Shown piece after piece: positions 9,885-19,309 of a stretch of 64,000 nt of DNA. Each line of letters opens with the position of its first letter. The stretch's first letter is position 1. The notes beneath the pieces were generated by a model. That model was not told the DNA's origin. It was given only the letters and a program-made list of their open reading frames with translations, and searched no databases. A program made the translations under genes and the position numbers. Origin of the DNA: Candidatus Bathyarchaeota archaeon (GTDB taxonomy: Archaea > Thermoproteota > Bathyarchaeia > Hecatellales > Hecatellaceae); NCBI GenBank assembly GCA_052246995.1, contig JBQPWD010000002.1, positions 32,001-96,000 of the forward strand. The letters run 5' to 3'.

Positions 9885-10328
9885 TTAGATGTTTTCTTCA
9901 AGTTTCTTCTTAAGCTTGGAGGAACTTGAAGCTTCCCAGAAATCAAATTTTCCGATTTGAACTATCCTTATGTTTAGATTTTCTTTTTTAATAACCTTTT
10001 CAACCTCCTTTTTGACACTATCTTGGTCGTATCCAAATACTATGATATCGGGTTTATGCTCCTTGATTACTCTGCTAATGTTAAAATCTTCATAGCCAAG
10101 CACAGCTAAATCTACAGGTTTAAGTGCTTCAACAAGCATTCTTCTTTCGTTTTCAGGTAGGATTGGAGGTTTACCTTTAAACTTCACCACTGTTTGGTCT
10201 CTTGCAACAACAACGATAAGCTTTGCATTTTCACCTCCAACCTTCTTTGCCTCCTCAAGAAATTTTACATGTCCAAGATGGATTAAGTCAAAAACTCCAG
10301 ATGCGAGAACAATCTTTCCATTTTTCAT
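9885..10328 (-). CDS. ribL: Archaeal FAD synthase
   Basis: GVFDLIHLGH, VVVARD, GYDQ and SSS motifs. Confidence 0.88.
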   Translation of the reverse strand: MKNGKIVLASGVFDLIHLGHVKFLEEAKKVGGENAKLIVVVARDQTVVKFKGKPPILPENERRMLVEALKPVDLAVLGYEDFNISRVIKEHKPDIIVFGYDQDSVKKEVEKVIKKENLNIRIVQIGKFDFWEASSSSKLKKKLEENI

Positions 10329-10329
10329 C

Positions 10330-10599
10330 TTAACATTCCCACCTGAAGTTTACAATTCCAAGCATTCTTAAAGCATCAAGCAAACCTTCAGAGTATGAGA
10401 GAGAAAGTAATGCTGTGGTAAGGTCATCTTTTCCCTTGTAGTATTCAGCATCACTAACATACCTTTTAGCCAAGTCTAAGATATCCTCAACAATTTTAAC
10501 ATTGATGTTAAAGTTTTTTACCAAACTTAGCGTGGAAAAGGCTTTCTTAAGATTGCCTAAATATTTAAAGTATTTTTCATTAAGGCTTTCTTTACTCAC
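10330..10599 (-). CDS. DUF357 family protein
   Basis: LAKRYVSDAEYY...SYSEGLLDALR; usual dph5-ribL neighbour. Confidence 0.85.
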   Translation of the reverse strand: MSKESLNEKYFKYLGNLKKAFSTLSLVKNFNINVKIVEDILDLAKRYVSDAEYYKGKDDLTTALLSLSYSEGLLDALRMLGIVNFRWEC

Positions 10600-11393
10600 T
10601 TACTTAAAACCTCCCTTGGCGCATTAGCAAGAACGTGTAATGCTTCAGCTTCAATGAAGTGAAGTTTACCAGGAAATATGATTGTTTGAGGATAAGCTTT
10701 AAAATCAAAATTTAAAACTCTGCTAACAATATCTGCCTTAACCACAGGTTTTTCTGAACCTAACCCCGCCAAACCTACTACAAGTTTTTCAGAAGTCACA
10801 ATTTTTGACTTTTCCTCCTCTTCAATAGCCAGTAGGTATTCAAGTCCCTCTCTAATACTCATCCATCTACCTTTTTCAGCATCAACATCAAGCAAAACGA
10901 GAGTATGAAGACCTCTAATAAAATTTTCTTTTACAACTTCATAAGGCGTTTTAGGCTTATAATTCTCCTTTGGAAATGGAATTGTAACAGTTTTACCGAA
11001 CTTATAAATCTGTAAACCAGTGATTGAAGGTGCTGCGGAGTATATTGACGGTGCATGGATAACCTCGGTTTTTACACCTTTTTTTTCAGCTTCTAGTCTA
11101 ATCCAAACATGTGTTGTTGCAATCATAGGGTCTCCTGGAACTATTAACGCGATATCATTTTTCTCAGCTTTTTTAATTAATACTTCTTCAGCCTTCTCTT
11201 CTAGATCTCTTCTTTTCAGAACCGTAACCCTTTTCCCTATCATCTTTTCAAGATTTTTTGTTGAAAAATTTGGCATAAGATTTGTGTAAAGCTCGATGTA
11301 AACTTCCTCAGCTTTTCTTGCTTTTTCAAGACCTTTAATGGTTAGGTCATTCTCGTCATTTAAACCTAACCCAATAAAGACCAAGCTACCCAA
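10596..11393 (-). CDS. dph5: Diphthine synthase
   Basis: FIGLGL, GDPMIATTH, GLQIYKFG and GLHTLVLLD motifs. Confidence 0.95.
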   Translation of the reverse strand: MGSLVFIGLGLNDENDLTIKGLEKARKAEEVYIELYTNLMPNFSTKNLEKMIGKRVTVLKRRDLEEKAEEVLIKKAEKNDIALIVPGDPMIATTHVWIRLEAEKKGVKTEVIHAPSIYSAAPSITGLQIYKFGKTVTIPFPKENYKPKTPYEVVKENFIRGLHTLVLLDVDAEKGRWMSIREGLEYLLAIEEEEKSKIVTSEKLVVGLAGLGSEKPVVKADIVSRVLNFDFKAYPQTIIFPGKLHFIEAEALHVLANAPREVLSK

Positions 11394-11415
11394 AAAATTT
11401 CTTCACCAAAAATTT

Positions 11416-12330
11416 TTACTTTACAGCTTTTCTAATGTCAAGCTCAAGTATGTCAGTTGCTCCATACTTCTTAAGCATTGGAATAAGCTTTACAACTTCA
11501 TCTTTTTTAACGGCAACTTCAACAGCATATCCTGCTTCTTCAGATGCAAGCTTAGAGATTGTTGGGCTTTTCATGGATGGTAAAATTTCTAGAACGTTTT
11601 TTAATGCATTTTGGGAGACATTCATTTTAACAAGTTTAAGGTTTTCAGCGTCTTTAGCTCCGGTTAAAAGTATTACAAACCCTTCGATTTTATCTCTTTT
11701 CCATTTATCATTTAGACTTTTCTTGTTAGCTATAACTCTCGCTGTAGAGCTAAAAATCTTGAAAATTACTTCCCAACCATTCTCTTTAAGCGATGTTCCT
11801 GTTTCTGAGCATTCCACAATCATATCTGCAGTATCAATGAAAGTTTCAGTTGCTCCATAGGATCGTATAAACTTGTAGGGAAAACCCTTAAACTTTTCAT
11901 CACAAAATCTCCTGGTAATATTTTCATATTCTGATGCTACAATAATTCTCTCTCTACCTTCAAGCTTAATCTTTTCCACAAGTCTATCAAAAACATCCTC
12001 CCCAGGAGATAACCCATAACTTTGCGGTACAGCTGCAACAACATCAACTCTACCAAATTCTAGGTCTAAAAGTTCTACAACATCAGCATTATATTCAACA
12101 ATCCAATCAAAACCTGTAATTCCAACATCATACACTCCCTCCTCAACAAGGGGGCTAATGTTTTGAGCTCTATGAATCCTCATTTCAACTTCAGAATCAT
12201 TTGTTAAGATAAGATAAGACCTTTCACTAGTTATTTTAAGCTCGTATCCTGCTTGTATAAGCAGGTTGCTTGTTTTATCCCATAGATGGCCTTTAGGTAT
12301 GGCAACCTTAAGTTTTTTCAATTTCCCCAA
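11416..12330 (-). CDS. hisG: ATP phosphoribosyltransferase, long form
   Basis: AIPKG, DVGITGxD, GATE, ETGTSL motifs and C-terminal regulatory domain. Confidence 0.92.
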   Translation of the reverse strand: MGKLKKLKVAIPKGHLWDKTSNLLIQAGYELKITSERSYLILTNDSEVEMRIHRAQNISPLVEEGVYDVGITGFDWIVEYNADVVELLDLEFGRVDVVAAVPQSYGLSPGEDVFDRLVEKIKLEGRERIIVASEYENITRRFCDEKFKGFPYKFIRSYGATETFIDTADMIVECSETGTSLKENGWEVIFKIFSSTARVIANKKSLNDKWKRDKIEGFVILLTGAKDAENLKLVKMNVSQNALKNVLEILPSMKSPTISKLASEEAGYAVEVAVKKDEVVKLIPMLKKYGATDILELDIRKAVK

Positions 12331-12476
12331 TACCTCCAGTATGCCTTACCTAACTAACTTGATAGACTAGAAAGAAAGACTAGTCTCAAAAATTTAAGTC
12401 TTCCCAAAAAATCAACAGTAAAATAGTTTTTAACTCTTATAGGTGTAAAAATTCATTAGGAAAGACTCCTTTACAT

Positions 12477-12552
12477 GGGGTGGTGGTCCAGCTTGGTCTA
12501 CGATTCCGCGCTCGGGACGCGGAGGTCAGGGGTTCAAATCCCCTCCACCCCA
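12477..12552 (+). tRNA. tRNA-Pro (CGG), intronless
   Basis: GGGGTGG/CCACCCC acceptor stem, CCGCG-CT-CGG-GA-CGCGG anticodon arm, GGTTCAAATCC T arm. Confidence 0.95.
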
Positions 12553-12801
12553 TTTTACCAAACTTTGTGACCTTCAAAATCTGCGGAGAATCTTTAAAAT
12601 TACGCTGAAACCATGATTTACAAAAAGTATAGCAAAACATTTTATGCATAAAAATTAAAATTCTTGTTTAAGAATTCAAACCTTTGTAGGCTGTAGAAAA
12701 TTTAAACTGTAGTTGAAGGAAGTTTCAGCTATATAGGTGTATATAGTTTAAGTAGACAACTCATAATTAACTTTTTACTCTTAATACAAATAGAAAAAGA
12801 G

Positions 12802-13821
12802 ATGACAACTTTTGCAATTTTCGTTGCCGGTCTTGTCCTCACTTTGGTGATTGCATGGTGTCTTGGTGCTAATGACGCCGCAAATCCAACGGATTGTGCT
12901 GTTGGTAGTGGTGTAATAAGTTTAAGAACGGCTTTAGTTCTCTTCTCAATTTTTGTCTTTATAGGTGCTGTTCTTCAAGGTCACATGGTTATGAAAACAC
13001 TTTCAAGAGGTATTGTTGAACACGTAGAATTCTTAGGTGCATTCAGCGTAGTTCTCTCTATTGTTATATGGCTTGTATTATGTACTTGGAAGGGTCTTCC
13101 TGTTTCAACAACCCATGCAACTATAGGTGCGGTTATTGGTTATGGTTTTGCAGCTTATGGTTTTAATCTAAATCTAGATGTAATTGGTAAAGTTTTCTTG
13201 GGGGTTATATTCTCTCCTTTACTTTCCTTGGCGTTTGGATTTGTATTTTTTAAAGTTTTAAATGTTATTTTTAGAAAATTTTCTCCAGAAGAAAATTTTG
13301 AGAAACTTCTCAAATATTTACTGGTTGGCAGCCTTGCATCTTCAGCTTACAGTTTTGGTGCTAATGATGTTGGCAACGCTACCGGGGTATATGTCTCTAT
13401 TACCGAACAATTTGTAGGATTGCCCACAAAAGAGACAATGCTTATTCTTGCATTCCTTGGTGCAGCGGGTATTTCTCTTGGAGGTTTTACATGGGGTTAT
13501 AGGGTTATTCAAACAGTTGGCTATGGTATAACCCGTTTAACTCCTCTTATGGGGTTAGCGGCTGAACTTTCGAATGCCTTTGTTGTTTGGGGGTTTACCA
13601 CGGTGCCTTACATTCTTTTTGGCTGGGGTTTGCCTGTTTCAACAACTCATAGCAGTGTAGGTTCTATTATAGGGGTGGGTTTAGCTTTAGGTAAAAAAAC
13701 TGTTTCTTTATCAACTGTTTTAAGAATAATTTTAGCATGGATTTTAACACTACCCTGTACTATAATCTTAAGCTTCATAATGTTTAAATTTGTTTTTTCT
13801 TTATGTTTTAGTTATGGGTAA
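12802..13821 (+). CDS. pitA: PiT family inorganic phosphate transporter
   Basis: Duplicated GANDxAN/GANDVGN and GLPVSTTH signatures. Confidence 0.93.
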   Translation: MTTFAIFVAGLVLTLVIAWCLGANDAANPTDCAVGSGVISLRTALVLFSIFVFIGAVLQGHMVMKTLSRGIVEHVEFLGAFSVVLSIVIWLVLCTWKGLPVSTTHATIGAVIGYGFAAYGFNLNLDVIGKVFLGVIFSPLLSLAFGFVFFKVLNVIFRKFSPEENFEKLLKYLLVGSLASSAYSFGANDVGNATGVYVSITEQFVGLPTKETMLILAFLGAAGISLGGFTWGYRVIQTVGYGITRLTPLMGLAAELSNAFVVWGFTTVPYILFGWGLPVSTTHSSVGSIIGVGLALGKKTVSLSTVLRIILAWILTLPCTIILSFIMFKFVFSLCFSYG

Positions 13822-13843
13822 ACTAAAAAGAGGCGTATAAAAG

Positions 13844-14536
13844 TTGGGTTCAAGAGACTTTAAATCTACAAGTTCCATGGTTTGGCTTGGAAGAAAAAAG
13901 GAGAAGAAGATTCTGGAACTTTGCAAAAATCATGTTGAAACTGTTGTTAAAACCGTTGCTGCAATGCATAAAACTTTTCAATCTTTTAGCGTTCTTGATA
14001 GAGAAGATACAAAAAAAATGTTTAATGAAACTTTTAATTATGAAAGAGAGGCTGATGAGATAAAAAGAAACATACTTTCCGAATTATCTAGAGGACTTTT
14101 TCACCCGATAAACAGGGATGAGATTGTTAGGCTTATAATGACTATGGATGATGTTGCCGCATATGCTAAAGCATCATCAAGAAAACTTGAATTTATAGAC
14201 CCATCCACGTTAACTGAAAGTTTAAGAGAAACTTTAAGGGTTTTTGCCGATAACCTTCTTAAAATCTCTGAGAAAGTTAAAGTAGCATTTGAAGCATTAA
14301 TAGACGACCCTAGAAAAGCAGTAGAGGCTTCCCATATAGTTGAATCTTTGGAGGAAAAAATAGACGATTTTAGAGTGGAATTTGTCATTCCTGAATTTTT
14401 AAGCTGGTGTAAAAATAGTAAAAATATTGGCGTAGCCCTAATTTTAAAGGAAATACTTGATGGAATGGAAAATCTTGCAGATAGATGTGAAGATGTTGCT
14501 GATGTTATTAGAAGCATTGCCTTAAGTTACATTTAA
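13844..14536 (+). CDS. DUF47 / PhoU-like phosphate transport regulator
   Basis: EREADEIKR, PINRDEI and ADRCEDVAD motifs; follows pit. Confidence 0.9.
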   Translation: MGSRDFKSTSSMVWLGRKKEKKILELCKNHVETVVKTVAAMHKTFQSFSVLDREDTKKMFNETFNYEREADEIKRNILSELSRGLFHPINRDEIVRLIMTMDDVAAYAKASSRKLEFIDPSTLTESLRETLRVFADNLLKISEKVKVAFEALIDDPRKAVEASHIVESLEEKIDDFRVEFVIPEFLSWCKNSKNIGVALILKEILDGMENLADRCEDVADVIRSIALSYI

Positions 14537-14628
14537 CCATTTTGGGCTTTTTCCCACCAGAAAGGTTAAGTATTTTTTCATAAAGTTTCTTTGTAAAGTA
14601 GTCAACATAGGATGCGGGGTAAATTGTT

Positions 14629-14847
14629 ATGGTTAAATGCTCAAAATGCGGCTCGGAAGTTAAAAACTTAACAAAAACTTGGAGTGTAACCTTAGGGAAG
14701 GAAAGGAAAGTAAAAATTACCTTTGGATCCTTTACATGTGAGAAGTGTAGTAGAAAGTTTAGGGCGTTAATAAAAAAGGAACCTGTAGTTGATGTTTACC
14801 AGAAATCTAAACCCTCCCCACCGCCATCAATAAGAATGATAGTTTAA
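14629..14847 (+). CDS. Cren7-like chromatin protein, zinc-ribbon type
   Basis: CxxC..KTW..GKERKVKITFGSFxCxxCxRKFR matches the Cren7 K-x-W...G-x-F...FR pattern; small and basic. Confidence 0.7.
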   Translation: MVKCSKCGSEVKNLTKTWSVTLGKERKVKITFGSFTCEKCSRKFRALIKKEPVVDVYQKSKPSPPPSIRMIV

Positions 14848-15755
14848 CCTTGCTGCAACCTCATAAGGTTGTATGTCTGTGTGATATTTTCAACCTCTAA
14901 AACCTTAACATCGCTATAACCATTCATTTTGAGAAATTCTTCAAGCTTAATTGTGTAAGGTTCTCTAACGATTACCGTGAAGATTGGGGTACGACGTTCT
15001 CTTTCTCTCCAAACTACAACGCTATCCTGACCTTCTGGTACAAGAAAAAGCTTACACCCTTCCTTGGCTGCGGCTAACGCTTTTTCAGGGATACCTCCAA
15101 CTTGACCTATTGAACCATCAGGATTGATGGTTCCAGTTACGTACACCGATGAATTTAGCTTTTCATGTTTTATTGCTGCAATTATTGCCACTGTTATAGC
15201 TGCACCAGCGCTAGGGCCGTCGATAATGTCAACTTCTTCTTTAGCTGTAACCTTTAAAATAACATCTGTTTCGGTTAAACGTGTTAAAGTTACATTTTCA
15301 GCTACGTGAACTGCTAACCTTAAGCTTGACTGTAAATCTATTCCTATCTTAGGTTCAGTACTTACAAGCACATCTCCACTTCCATGTTTCAATACTATAC
15401 ATCCCTTTAATGTTGTTCCATCTAACTTATACCCAAAAACGCTGGCTTCAACAATTCTGACTGCTACTAGGTTTACTTCTGAAATACCTTCAATTACACT
15501 ATAACCTTCAACTCCTCCTGTTAAACTTGATGAATAGTAGAGTGTTTGATTTCTGTAGTAGTTAAGCTGGTTTTTAATAATTTCCTGTTCTTTCTTTAGA
15601 TTTTCAATTTCTTCAGTAAGATTTTTTATCTGTAGTTTATAGTAGTTTAAACTCTCAGTGTAGGTAGTGTAGGTTACCACTAAAACATATGCTAGTAAAA
15701 CATTAAGTAAAAGACTTGTGAGAAGGAAAAATTTAACCCTTAAACTTCTTCTCAT
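14844..15755 (-). CDS. Membrane-anchored S16 (Lon C-terminal-like) serine protease
   Basis: DGPSAG nucleophile, TGTINPDGSIGQVGGIPEK; N-terminal TM plus coiled coil. Confidence 0.88.
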   Translation of the reverse strand: MRRSLRVKFFLLTSLLLNVLLAYVLVVTYTTYTESLNYYKLQIKNLTEEIENLKKEQEIIKNQLNYYRNQTLYYSSSLTGGVEGYSVIEGISEVNLVAVRIVEASVFGYKLDGTTLKGCIVLKHGSGDVLVSTEPKIGIDLQSSLRLAVHVAENVTLTRLTETDVILKVTAKEEVDIIDGPSAGAAITVAIIAAIKHEKLNSSVYVTGTINPDGSIGQVGGIPEKALAAAKEGCKLFLVPEGQDSVVVWRERERRTPIFTVIVREPYTIKLEEFLKMNGYSDVKVLEVENITQTYNLMRLQQG

Positions 15756-15874
15756 ACATCTTCATGAGACTTAAAAGTTACCATGAAAGTTAAAAGGTTT
15801 ACTTATCTTCTTACTCTTTTATAAACATTTACAATTTAAGAATTGAATTGACGATAGAAGTAAACCTTAAAAAT

Positions 15875-15932
15875 TTGTCAGTTAAGGCTGAAATCTTCAT
15901 AAGATTCAGCTCCGTCCTTCGTTCATCATCCA
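15875..15932 (-). ncRNA. Box C/D methylation-guide sRNA
   Basis: C ATGATGA, 13-nt guide, D' CTGA, C' ATGAAGA, 12-nt guide TTTCAGCCTTAA, D CTGA; the D guide complements 16S AAGGCUGAAA. Confidence 0.85.
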
Positions 15933-16063
15933 GAATAGGCTCTCCCGCAATGAGAGAAGGTAAATCATGGGTAGTCTTTCTAGGTCAGTTAGGTCATTGA
16001 GCCTAAAAATTGTATTTAAATGGAGAAATAAAAAGTTTTTAGGTTGATTTTTCAATCTTTAAA

Positions 16064-17362
16064 CTAATATTTATAGAATCCTTCTCCAGCTATTTTTCCA
16101 AGCTTTCCATCTTCAACCATTCTTACAAGTAGCGGTTCAGGTGTGTAGAATGCTTTTTGCCAATCAGGAACCTTAGCTCTTTTCTCCAGAAGAACATTAA
16201 CAATGTTATGTATCCCAAACTCGTCTGCAAGCTTAAATGCTCCTTTAGGCCAGCCAAATGCAAGCTCAAAAGACTTATCAGTATCCTCAATTGACCCGAC
16301 ACCATTGGCAACACACCAAGCTGCACTGTTTACAGCTGGAGCTAAAACTTGTATAGGGTTAACTTTTTCTGCAAACTCTTTTGGAAGGTCAGGTCTAGCA
16401 TACTTTCCAGGTCCTGGATACTTGTAGAATCCTTCTCCAGTTTTCATGCCACTTTTACCCTGCTCGCTACGTGGAATCCATACTTGTTCAGCTAAACGCT
16501 TAAACATGTATAGCCCTACAGGATTAGGCTCAAAATCAGGGTTTTTTGCTAAAATTTTATCTATTGAAGTGTATGCTTCTTTTACTATGTCTGCCTGTCC
16601 TGTTAAATCTGAAAGTTCAAAAGGCCCCATTGGTAGGTTTAGCTTATATCTTGCCATAGCATCTATTTCCTCTATTTTTGCCTCGCCACGAAGCCACATT
16701 AAGGTGGCCTCAGTACCCCAACCAGTATGAGCTCTTGCTGCAAGAAAGAACCAGACATCCTTTTTAGCTACAACCGTTTCCTTCCAAAATCTTTTACAAA
16801 GCTCTATTGTTACTTTTAACGTTTCATCACTTGTATGTTTTCCCTTAATAACCTCTATAAGCCTCATTAATTGTGGAGGATTCATCCAATGCATTCCAAC
16901 AACTTTATCAGGTCTTTTTGTTGCTTCGCTAATCATGGTAATGGATAAGCCGCTTGTGTTTGTAGCTAAGATTGCATGTGGTGGAGCGTTTTTATCAGCT
17001 TCAGCAAAAACTTTCATTTTTAAATCTATGTTTTCAGGTATAGCCTCTATCATGTAATCAGCATCTTTTACACCTTCAGCAAGACTTGTTGTAGGTTTAA
17101 TTCTACTTAAAACGGTATCAACACTTTCAGAAATAAACTTTTTTTCAGCAAATTTTCCTAGACTCCACTTTATTCTTTCCATACCCATCTTCAAGACGTT
17201 TTCAGAAATATCGATAAGGTTAACCTTACATCCAAAAATTGCCGCAACTTGTGCTATTCCGTGACCCATTACGCCTGCGCCAATAACTGCTACTGTGTTT
17301 ATTTTTGAAGCCAAAACTTTCACCTCTACTCTTTCTGCTAACTTTAATATTGAATTAAACAT
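16064..17362 (-). CDS. 3-hydroxyacyl-CoA dehydrogenase with duplicated C-terminal domain
   Basis: GAGVMGHGIAQ, EAIPE, ATNTSGL, GMHWMNP and PMGPF motifs. Confidence 0.9.
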   Translation of the reverse strand: MFNSILKLAERVEVKVLASKINTVAVIGAGVMGHGIAQVAAIFGCKVNLIDISENVLKMGMERIKWSLGKFAEKKFISESVDTVLSRIKPTTSLAEGVKDADYMIEAIPENIDLKMKVFAEADKNAPPHAILATNTSGLSITMISEATKRPDKVVGMHWMNPPQLMRLIEVIKGKHTSDETLKVTIELCKRFWKETVVAKKDVWFFLAARAHTGWGTEATLMWLRGEAKIEEIDAMARYKLNLPMGPFELSDLTGQADIVKEAYTSIDKILAKNPDFEPNPVGLYMFKRLAEQVWIPRSEQGKSGMKTGEGFYKYPGPGKYARPDLPKEFAEKVNPIQVLAPAVNSAAWCVANGVGSIEDTDKSFELAFGWPKGAFKLADEFGIHNIVNVLLEKRAKVPDWQKAFYTPEPLLVRMVEDGKLGKIAGEGFYKY

Positions 17363-17515
17363 GCTTAAATTGTTTTTTATTTGATGTTGAAAAGTCCTTT
17401 AGGCTTTAAAGCACGTTCTACTTTTACCTTAAAGGAAGTTGTAAAAAACTGGTTTAAGGAGTATTTACCAAATAGATACATTTTCTAAAGATTGGTTTAG
17501 GCTTAATTTAACATA

Positions 17516-18448
17516 CTAAACATCTAGGCCAAGTTGCTCCTTAAGGCTTCTATATCTATTTCTTACAGTAACCTCAGTAACACCTGCAGCTTCAGCTATA
17601 TCCTTCTGAGTTTTTTTCTCTCCAGTGAGTACACACGCAATATAAAGTGCAGCTGCAGCAAGTCCAACTGGATCTTTACCTATAACAGCTCCCTTTTTCC
17701 CAGCTTCGTCAAGAATTTGAATTGCTTTTAGTTGAGTTTCTTCTGGGACTTCAGATTTTGCCGCTATTTTTGAAATATACAGCTTAGGATCTGGGATAGG
17801 CATCTTTAAATCAAGCTCATTTAACAGTAGACGGTAGCTTCTTGCAATATCTTTTTTCTTAACTCTACTAACTGATGCTATTTCTTTAAGGCTACGTGGT
17901 CTATTATAAACTCTACATGCAGCGTATATTGAGGCTGCAACTATGGCTGATATTGAACGTCCACGTACAAGACCTTTATCCAAAGCCTTCCTATAAATTT
18001 CAGCAGCCTCTTCTTGAAGGTCTTCAGGTATATGAAGTTTGTCAGTTATTCTGTCAAGCTCAGCTAAAGCTTGAAGGAGGTTTCTTTCGATTGGAGACTG
18101 ATACTGAGTTCTTGTCTGCCATTTTCTTAAACGTAGCATTTGGATCCTTGTTTGCAAATCTATTTTTCTTCCAAATGCATCCTTACCAACCTTATCTATA
18201 ACCGTTGGTAAACCTTTATCCGCATGGAGAATAGATACTGGACCTCCAACCCGGCTTTTACCAGCCTTTTCTTCAAGTGTAAAAGCCCGCCACTCAGGAC
18301 CCATATCGTAGCTTTCTTCGCCAATAACAAGTCCACAATTACTACAAACAATCTCTCCAGTTTCACTTTTTATGAAAAGTTTGCTATCACATTCAGGACA
18401 CTTTTGAGGTTTTTTTTCCTGTTCTAACTCTCCTTTGTTACTGTTCAA
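17516..18448 (-). CDS. tfb: Transcription initiation factor B
   Basis: CPEC..CSNCG ribbon, GPEWRAF, cyclin repeats, GVTEVTVRNRY. Confidence 0.96.
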   Translation of the reverse strand: MNSNKGELEQEKKPQKCPECDSKLFIKSETGEIVCSNCGLVIGEESYDMGPEWRAFTLEEKAGKSRVGGPVSILHADKGLPTVIDKVGKDAFGRKIDLQTRIQMLRLRKWQTRTQYQSPIERNLLQALAELDRITDKLHIPEDLQEEAAEIYRKALDKGLVRGRSISAIVAASIYAACRVYNRPRSLKEIASVSRVKKKDIARSYRLLLNELDLKMPIPDPKLYISKIAAKSEVPEETQLKAIQILDEAGKKGAVIGKDPVGLAAAALYIACVLTGEKKTQKDIAEAAGVTEVTVRNRYRSLKEQLGLDV

Positions 18449-18819
18449 TTAAGTAAACCTCCAGTAAGCTTAAATTTTAAGTTAAAAACTTTAGGGTTAA
18501 GTTTTCTCCACCCTACTTCTCATCCTCAGTTTCCGTCAAAAAATGCAGAATATGATTAGTTTCAATACTCTGCCGGGCAAATACTCTTTAGAGTAGAGTA
18601 TGTATATAAACTTTTTGGTAAGTAAAAAAGGTTCTACATGGTTTTAAGTCGGTTGTTTGGCTGTAATAAGAAAGTTTCTTTGTTTCGTATCAACTAGGTA
18701 TGTGAAAAACGTCATATAACTTATTGTTTACGTTTAAACTATAAATAGTTTAATACTAGTTGAAGCACCATATATAGTGTTTTTAGAAACCTGTATAATA
18801 GCTTAATGAGGTTTTATAG

Positions 18820-19191
18820 GTGAAAGTCTACATAAAGGAGGAAACATGTCAAGGAATTCTGAACTTTTTTAAACATATTCATCCTAAAGAAGGAGTACTT
18901 TTACTTAGGGGGAAAAAGTTTAAGGATGGAATTATCATTGAAGGAGTCATTATCCCCCCCAAATCGGTACATGGTGAAGGTTTTTCAAGTTTTTCAGCTA
19001 CTCTGCTTCCAGCCGATTTTTCAATAGTAGGTTTGGCACATTCGCATCCATTCGGAGCATTAAATCCTTCTCCACAAGATTTAAACAACTTTTATGGGAA
19101 AGTTATGATGATAGCTTGTCCACCCTACACCTATACAACCTTAGCCTTTTTTAGTAAGAATGGAGAAAAAATTGAATTTAAGCTTATTTAA
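18820..19191 (+). CDS. JAMM/MPN+ metalloprotease
   Basis: HPKE..., HSHP and SPQD JAMM motif. Confidence 0.88.
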   Translation: MKVYIKEETCQGILNFFKHIHPKEGVLLLRGKKFKDGIIIEGVIIPPKSVHGEGFSSFSATLLPADFSIVGLAHSHPFGALNPSPQDLNNFYGKVMMIACPPYTYTTLAFFSKNGEKIEFKLI

Positions 19192-19236
19192 CTATGGTCA
19201 TAAGAAAGTTTAAATTTTTAAGCTCAGCAAACATAG

Positions 19237-19304
19237 TTTGGATGATGAGCCTAGCTCACTTGAAATATGTTGATGAGAAATTCTTGGAAGAGCCGGCTGA
19301 CAAA
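19237..19304 (+). ncRNA. Box C/D methylation-guide sRNA with two 23S guides
   Basis: C ATGATGA 19242-19248, guide GCCTAGCTCAC, D' TTGA, C' TGATGA, guide ending GGAAGAGCCGG, D CTGA 19297-19300; TTTAAA about 25 nt upstream. Confidence 0.88.
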
Positions 19305-19309
19305 AACTA

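Noticed and set aside
12437-12649. Track ORF on - strand (70 aa)
   Set aside because: It is the antisense reading of tRNA-Pro.
18820-19191. JAMM protease as evidence of a ubiquitin-ESCRT system
   Set aside because: No ubiquitin, E1/E2/E3 or ESCRT-I/II genes nearby; stand-alone JAMMs are common in archaea.
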